This document shows positions 58,403-64,000 of a stretch of DNA of 64,000 bases, one piece after another (the first letter of the stretch is position 1; each line of letters begins with the position of its first letter). The translations under genes and the position numbers were made by a program. The DNA comes from Promethearchaeota archaeon. Its GTDB lineage: Archaea > Asgardarchaeota > Lokiarchaeia > Sigyniarchaeales > SOKP01. The notes beneath the pieces are model-generated. The model was not told the origin of the DNA and searched no databases. It saw only the letters and a program-made list of their open reading frames with translations. The stretch covers positions 1-64,000 of the forward strand of contig JAHPZJ010000006.1 of the NCBI GenBank assembly GCA_019058245.1. Reading direction: 5' to 3'.

Positions 58403-58909
58403 TTATTTACTTACCTCCAATATTTTTATTTTCTTCTTAAAATCAGTAGCTTCTAATAATTTTTTAATCTCATTAATGTCAGCAGACTCTACTTTTGGGA
58501 GTTCTAATTGTTCTCTCCTGCGAATAATTGGTTGAGTTAGCGGGATTGCTAAACCATTTTCGATTACACTTATTGCTTGTGTTTTAAATGTCTCGGGATA
58601 AGGTTCTCCTTCTGACACAATCCTGTTTTTAATCCTTTCAAATATTTCTGTTAAAAAAACATTTTGAGGACATTCTTCTACACACATCTGACACGTACAA
58701 CATAACCATATATTAGGTTTTTGATCTTTTATTAACAAGTCTTTGAGCCCTAAAAGTGATTGTTCAATAATTTTTCGTGGGTTATATTCACCTTCTGTAA
58801 CAAGAGCTACTGGACACGAGCTAGAACAAGTTCCGCATTGATAACAATAATTTAGTGAGAAATCTTCCTTTATGAGTTCATTTCGAAATTCAAATTCAAC
58901 CATTTGCAT
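58403..58909 (-). CDS. hdrC: Heterodisulfide reductase subunit C
   Basis: 'CYQCGTCSSSCP', 'YNPRKII', 'W.C.TC..C.E.CPQ'. Confidence 0.93.
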   Translation of the reverse strand: MQMVEFEFRNELIKEDFSLNYCYQCGTCSSSCPVALVTEGEYNPRKIIEQSLLGLKDLLIKDQKPNIWLCCTCQMCVEECPQNVFLTEIFERIKNRIVSEGEPYPETFKTQAISVIENGLAIPLTQPIIRRREQLELPKVESADINEIKKLLEATDFKKKIKILEVSK

Positions 58910-59497
58910 AATTTTTCAAACCAAAAATTAATTAATTCAATATGTTTTAAATTCTAATTTTCTAAATTTATAAATATTGATGATTTTAATAACTTATTTA
59001 TTGTATTTTTGATTAATTCAGTAATTTTTCCCAATATTATAATTAAGATCGATCTTCGTATTTAAATATTATTTACCAAGTCGGATTTAAATAACTTTTT
59101 TTAAAATCTCCGACATTTTTATGTACCATTTCAAATAAAAAGTAATGAAAAAGTATTAAATTACAAATTTTATTACTTTTAAAATTATCAATTTTAAGTA
59201 TTATTTCAAAATATGATAAAAGAAGGTTGAATTTCTTTAAAAATAGTAATTTAAAAAAAAAAACAAAACTGGAAAAAAAATGAATATTTGTATATTTTTA
59301 TTTGAATAAATAAATGATTAAGGTTATTTTTGCATGTTTTTGTTTATAAAAATTATCATATTTATAAATATTATAGAGTAGATAATCCTCCAGAAATTTG
59401 ATTTTCAACAAATATTAAATTTTAATTCAAAAAATTATATATTTTTATTAATTTTTAGGCAAAATATTCGTTTTACTTTAAAAACAAAAAAGAAAAA

Positions 59498-60586
59498 TTA
59501 AATTTGGTCAAATAGGGTTTGTATAAATTTACCAATTTTATTCAATGCATCTCTAGCTTCAGGTAAAAAATTTAACCCATATCCTTGAAAAACATGTACC
59601 ATACCATCCCACTCTTGTAATGTGGCATTTACTCCAGCAGCTTTAGCTTTCTCTACAAGACGTGTTGAATGATCATATAACATTTCACTTGTACTTACTT
59701 GTACTAAGAGAGGAGGCAACCCTCTTAAATCTCCAAAAAGAGGAGATGCTAACGGATCTTTTGGATCTGCTCCAGCCAAAAAAGCCTGAGTAAACCAAAA
59801 ATGACCTGAATTTGATAGTAAAGGATCTGATTTCGCATTTTCATAAATAGATCTACTTAAAGTGGTATGATCTGTCTGTGGTGACATTGCAACAGCACCT
59901 AAAGGTAATGATGAGCCTTCATCACGTAATTTTAGTAGAGTAGTTAGTGTTAAACTTCCTCCCGCTGAATCTCCAGCAATAATTATATTTTCAGGTTTAT
60001 ATCCCTTAGAAAGAAGCCAATGATACGCTTTAACGCAGTCTTCTAAAGGTGCTGGATGAGGATGTTCAGGTGCAAGGCGATAATCAACGCTCAATACACG
60101 CATTTTAGTTAATTTTGCTATCTCAATTGTTAATAATCTATGGGATTTCGGAGACATTACGATCATGGCTCCACCATGAAAGTATAAGAGAACTCTATCA
60201 TTTTTTGCTTCAGGAATGATTTGCCATTCTGCTGCAACTCCGTCAGCATCGACTTCTTCTACTTTTATACTTACTGGTACTGGATGTCGTTCTAAAGTCA
60301 TATTTGTAGTAAAATCAGAGATGAATCGAAAATATCTTGCCAAAAATAACATATCTTCATAGGATAATATTTTATGGAGTTCTTCCATATTTTCACTCTT
60401 ACTACATGCAATCTGAAGATATAGATCATTCCCTTTTGATACTTTGTTTAAACATGCTTTTAGATTAACTCCATTGTTTTCATCAAGTTTAAGAAATTCT
60501 TGAGTTGCTAATTTCTCAATCTTTCGCCTAGTTTCTACTAATTTAAGAATTTCGGGTCGAATTTTTGATTTTTCTACTTTTGACAT
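59498..60586 (-). CDS. HSL-family alpha/beta hydrolase (esterase/lipase)
   Basis: HGGA oxyanion motif, 'DYRLAPEH', GDSAGG nucleophile, 'E.L.D', 'HVFQ'. Confidence 0.93.
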   Translation of the reverse strand: MSKVEKSKIRPEILKLVETRRKIEKLATQEFLKLDENNGVNLKACLNKVSKGNDLYLQIACSKSENMEELHKILSYEDMLFLARYFRFISDFTTNMTLERHPVPVSIKVEEVDADGVAAEWQIIPEAKNDRVLLYFHGGAMIVMSPKSHRLLTIEIAKLTKMRVLSVDYRLAPEHPHPAPLEDCVKAYHWLLSKGYKPENIIIAGDSAGGSLTLTTLLKLRDEGSSLPLGAVAMSPQTDHTTLSRSIYENAKSDPLLSNSGHFWFTQAFLAGADPKDPLASPLFGDLRGLPPLLVQVSTSEMLYDHSTRLVEKAKAAGVNATLQEWDGMVHVFQGYGLNFLPEARDALNKIGKFIQTLFDQI

Positions 60587-61050
60587 CTTCTTTTAATTCC
60601 ATTTTTGTATTAAATAATATAAAGTTTTTTTTTATTGATGAGTTGGTTAAATTATCAAACAATTTTAATGATTCTGATAATGAAAAAAAGAGATAAAAAG
60701 AAAAAAAGAATTATTAATTTAGAGAAAAATCAAAATTTCTATAATTCTAACATAATTTTCAATCTCCAATTTTTCTAAATATTTGGAGATAAATAGTGAG
60801 AAAAACTTTTTTCAAAAGAATAAGAAAATTAAGTGAAATCTTAGTTAATTTTACAAATTTTTTTTTTAACTATTGCAAAAACTTGAAATGAAAATAATTA
60901 TTTTATTATATTTAAAGCATAAATGAAGTATTATAAATATTAAAAATATTATAATAAATATATTATCCAAATATATGATCCCTTTATATAAGATAAGATT
61001 AAAGTAAAATCTAAGTTAAACTTGCATTAATTAAAATTGGTGAAATTGCT

Positions 61051-61731
61051 ATTAAGATACTGGTGTCTGGTCCATTGCAATCTGGTAAATCAAGTTATAT
61101 AAAAGCATTAGATCCAAATGCTTTGAATGTAGAAGCAAAAGGAAAGGACGAGAAATTTTATACAGTGGGGATGGATCTTGGAAGTGTAAAGTTAAATGGA
61201 TTTGATTGTTATTTATTTGGTACACCAGGGCTTTTAAGATTTTCAATAATGAGAAGTATAGTCACCAATGGTTCTGATGGTATAATTTTTATTTTTGATG
61301 CTGCTGCTCCAGAAAAAGATGATAGTGCAATAGTAATACTGAATTCTATTCGAAAGATACTACCTTCAAATATTCCAGTGGTTTTTTTAGCAAATAAACA
61401 GGATCTTGAAGATGCTCGATCTCCAGAAGTAATCCGTTCCCAAAATTATTTGCCTGAAGATAGTAAAATCTTTCCTACAAGTACTAAAACAGGAGAGAAC
61501 CTAAAAGAATCGATTACTTATTTAGTAAATCATATTTATGAAGAATATTCATCACTACTTCAAACACTTCGTACATATGAAAATGATATTGAAGGTTTAG
61601 CTCAAGAATTAAAAAAAGATAAGGTTCAAATGCGAGATTTATTAAATAATTTAGAGATTAAACGTTTTATCGAAGTAGACAGAATTAAAAAGGTATATAA
61701 AGTTAGACACGGCTTGAAATACCTAGTCTAA
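61051..61731 (+). CDS. Small GTPase (CvnD/ATP_bind_1-like) with C-terminal winged-helix-like domain
   Basis: 'IKILVSGPLQSGKS', 'TVGMDLG', 'LFGTPGLLRF', NKQD; beta1 lies upstream of the called GTG 61063, start probably ATT 61051. Confidence 0.88.
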   Translation: MKILVSGPLQSGKSSYIKALDPNALNVEAKGKDEKFYTVGMDLGSVKLNGFDCYLFGTPGLLRFSIMRSIVTNGSDGIIFIFDAAAPEKDDSAIVILNSIRKILPSNIPVVFLANKQDLEDARSPEVIRSQNYLPEDSKIFPTSTKTGENLKESITYLVNHIYEEYSSLLQTLRTYENDIEGLAQELKKDKVQMRDLLNNLEIKRFIEVDRIKKVYKVRHGLKYLV

Positions 61732-63624
61732 TTTTTCTTGATCAGACAATTTCTTTAACATTATGGGTGATATATTATCTATATAAAACTTTCTTTGCAA
61801 ATCCTTTAGACTTTTTCTCTGATTTTTAAGTATATTCAAGAAAAATTTAGGTACATTCTGTTCTTTTTCATACATTGTTTCAATACGGTCTAATTTTTCT
61901 AAAATTTTTTTAGGGCGTATAGAAAATTGTGCAATATAATCCTTTTCAGAATATTCCTTATCAAGATATTGTTTAAACAATATTTTTAAATCTGCATATT
62001 CTGGAATATAACCAATTGGTGTTTTGATAGCCTTAAAATCACCATTAACCCGCCCATCTGCCCAAATTACCCAACATAACTTATCTAAAATTCCATTTAA
62101 ATATTTTCCCTTCTCATTTTTAAGAAAATAATTTGTGGCAAATACTTTAGGGCAATGATCTAACCTGGCACCAAATTTTTGGTGGTTTTTTATATATTTT
62201 CCAAGTGGAACTACCATAAAATCTAAATTGGCCATAGGTTGTTGGGTTCTGACACCTTCAGCACCAAGAGTGGCAGACGTAGTTTCTGATTCAATTGAAG
62301 CACCTAAAAAAACCCCATGTTCCCAATTGAGACTTTCAATAACAGGGGGCATTGTATCACTATCTCGACCTCCATACAAAATACCATGGACAGGTACTCC
62401 GTTTGGATCATGGAGATTTGGATCTACATTATCTAATTCTTCAATACGAATTGTATACCGAGCATTTGGATGTGCAAGGGGAATTTCTATCCCATTTTCA
62501 TCCTTTTTTCCTTTTTTCCACCTACCTGAAAAATTGAATCCTTCATCTGGAATTGGTCTCCCATCCCCAATCCAATAAGGAGCTCCATCTTTGATAAGAA
62601 CATTTGAAAAAATTGTTTCTCGGGGAGTTGTTAATGCCCTAAAAATAACAGGATCGTCTTTAGCATTAACATCTTTAATAATTCCAAAAATACCGCTCTC
62701 AATGTTTACTGAATGAGCATAGCCATCCTCCCAAACTCGAAGATAAGCTATATCATCACCCACTATAGTTTGTCCTGGTAACATTGCAGTACTGGTTTTA
62801 CCACATGCAGAGGGAAATGCGCCACAGAAAAATGAGGTTCTATTTTTCCCTTTTGGATGAACTCCCATTATAAAATAATGCTCTGTTAGCCAATCCTCAT
62901 TATTAGCTTTATAAATTCCTAATCGTAGGGCGAGTTTTTTTAAGCCTAATGAATTTCCAGCATATTGATTATTTACCGAGAGTACACGTCCTTCTTTTAA
63001 ATCGATATAAATTCTTCTTTTATCAAGATTTTTAGTAACTGGTGGATTACCTGTTAATTCACCGGAAGAATGGATAAAATAGAAAAAATCATCAGAGTCA
63101 TTCAGTCTTTTAAATTCCTCATAACCAGTTCGATATAATAGGTCTTCACTATGTGCTACATAAAAAGAATCAGTTAATTGAAGTGCTAGAATTGAAAATT
63201 TCGAGTTTTTTGGTCCTAAACAGAAAAATCTTATTACACATTCATGACCATTCATACATCCATCCATTATTTCTAAGACTTCTTTCAACCCTTTTTCTCT
63301 TTCCATTGTATTTATCCAGGGATACAACTCCAATTCTTCTTTAGACACAAGTACTTGAGTATGTGCCTTGTCTCTAGCTTGATCATGATTAGTCATTGAA
63401 AAAAATCCATCATAATGAATAGTATGACCTTTTAGGTTTAATTTCTCTTCTTCCCCAAGTTCAATTGCTCTGTTTCTTACATAGTTAATATCTTCTTCTG
63501 AATCTGTTATGATAGTCACTTTAGAAGGTTTACATAATGTAATAAACTCATTTACGATTTTTAGGACATGACTATTATTAAGCGCTGTTAATTTATCAAG
63601 ATTTTTTTTATCGATAAGTTCCAT
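61723..63624 (-). CDS. pckG: Phosphoenolpyruvate carboxykinase (GTP)
   Basis: 'YAGNSLGLKK', 'WL.EH', 'AFPSACGKT', 'VGDDIA', 'HPNARY', 'GGRD'. Confidence 0.97.
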   Translation of the reverse strand: MELIDKKNLDKLTALNNSHVLKIVNEFITLCKPSKVTIITDSEEDINYVRNRAIELGEEEKLNLKGHTIHYDGFFSMTNHDQARDKAHTQVLVSKEELELYPWINTMEREKGLKEVLEIMDGCMNGHECVIRFFCLGPKNSKFSILALQLTDSFYVAHSEDLLYRTGYEEFKRLNDSDDFFYFIHSSGELTGNPPVTKNLDKRRIYIDLKEGRVLSVNNQYAGNSLGLKKLALRLGIYKANNEDWLTEHYFIMGVHPKGKNRTSFFCGAFPSACGKTSTAMLPGQTIVGDDIAYLRVWEDGYAHSVNIESGIFGIIKDVNAKDDPVIFRALTTPRETIFSNVLIKDGAPYWIGDGRPIPDEGFNFSGRWKKGKKDENGIEIPLAHPNARYTIRIEELDNVDPNLHDPNGVPVHGILYGGRDSDTMPPVIESLNWEHGVFLGASIESETTSATLGAEGVRTQQPMANLDFMVVPLGKYIKNHQKFGARLDHCPKVFATNYFLKNEKGKYLNGILDKLCWVIWADGRVNGDFKAIKTPIGYIPEYADLKILFKQYLDKEYSEKDYIAQFSIRPKKILEKLDRIETMYEKEQNVPKFFLNILKNQRKSLKDLQRKFYIDNISPIMLKKLSDQEKLD

Positions 63625-64000
63625 TTTAACTTATTTAGAGTCGTTTATAATAGAATTAATTGATACTGATTAAAGATGTTTATTAGAAAAGTACTAGCCT
63701 TTAATAATTTTACATTTTTTATACTTTCAGATTTCCAAGAAAATAATTTCACTAAAAGAAGAATAAATTAAGGAAATTATGGTATTTCTATATTGACACA
63801 TCAAAAAAAATTAAAAAAAGCTTTGAAATATAGTGTTTTTGAGGGAAAGACTTTGTCAGTTAGTAAATATTAAAAAATTTTTTACGGTAAGAACTCTAAG
63901 ATTTTTTGAGTTTTTAAGTCTTTAAAATAAAGAAAGTAATAATATTGAAAAAAAGAAATAAAAAAAATTTTTATAACTATGGTAATCCTGCAGGTTTTGT

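Noticed and set aside
1-64000. tRNA, rRNA genes and replication origin
   Set aside because: No GC-rich cloverleaf or rRNA-like segments, and no orc1/cdc6 gene or ORB G-string repeats were seen

Overview
Very AT-rich, gene-dense archaeal chromosome segment. The gene content points to an Asgard archaeon, probably Lokiarchaeia-like (inference): two small GTPases, archaeal Cdc48, FwdF-type polyferredoxin, IorAB, HdrABC/MvhD, GTP-dependent PEPCK, PAS kinase and LRR proteins. Main blocks: (1) a heat-shock/proteostasis operon, hsp20-cdc48-ArsR/HSR1-type regulator-HEXXH metalloprotease, with a palindromic operator (5191-9560, minus strand); (2) a compositionally distinct insert with a DUF1249-like relic, a frameshifted GIY-YIG nuclease and an LRR protein, next to an N6-adenine MTase with no restriction partner in the window (9670-14424); (3) a metV-[metF relic]-metV-metF tandem duplication divergent from iorAB (26.9-32.3 kb); (4) two divergent small unknown genes around a structured, motif-rich spacer (36.7-38.0 kb), then a B12 radical SAM protein with a possible lipid-binding C-terminal domain; (5) a 10-kb operon, hdrC-hdrB-hdrA(split)-mvhD::wHTH-hdrA2::mvhD-metV-metF-lrp (48-59 kb), a candidate electron-bifurcating methylene-tetrahydrofolate/pterin reductase complex. 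I saw no rRNA, tRNA, CRISPR array or transposase. Two genes appear to need non-canonical ATA/ATT start codons. All family assignments come from motifs read by eye; no database search was run.
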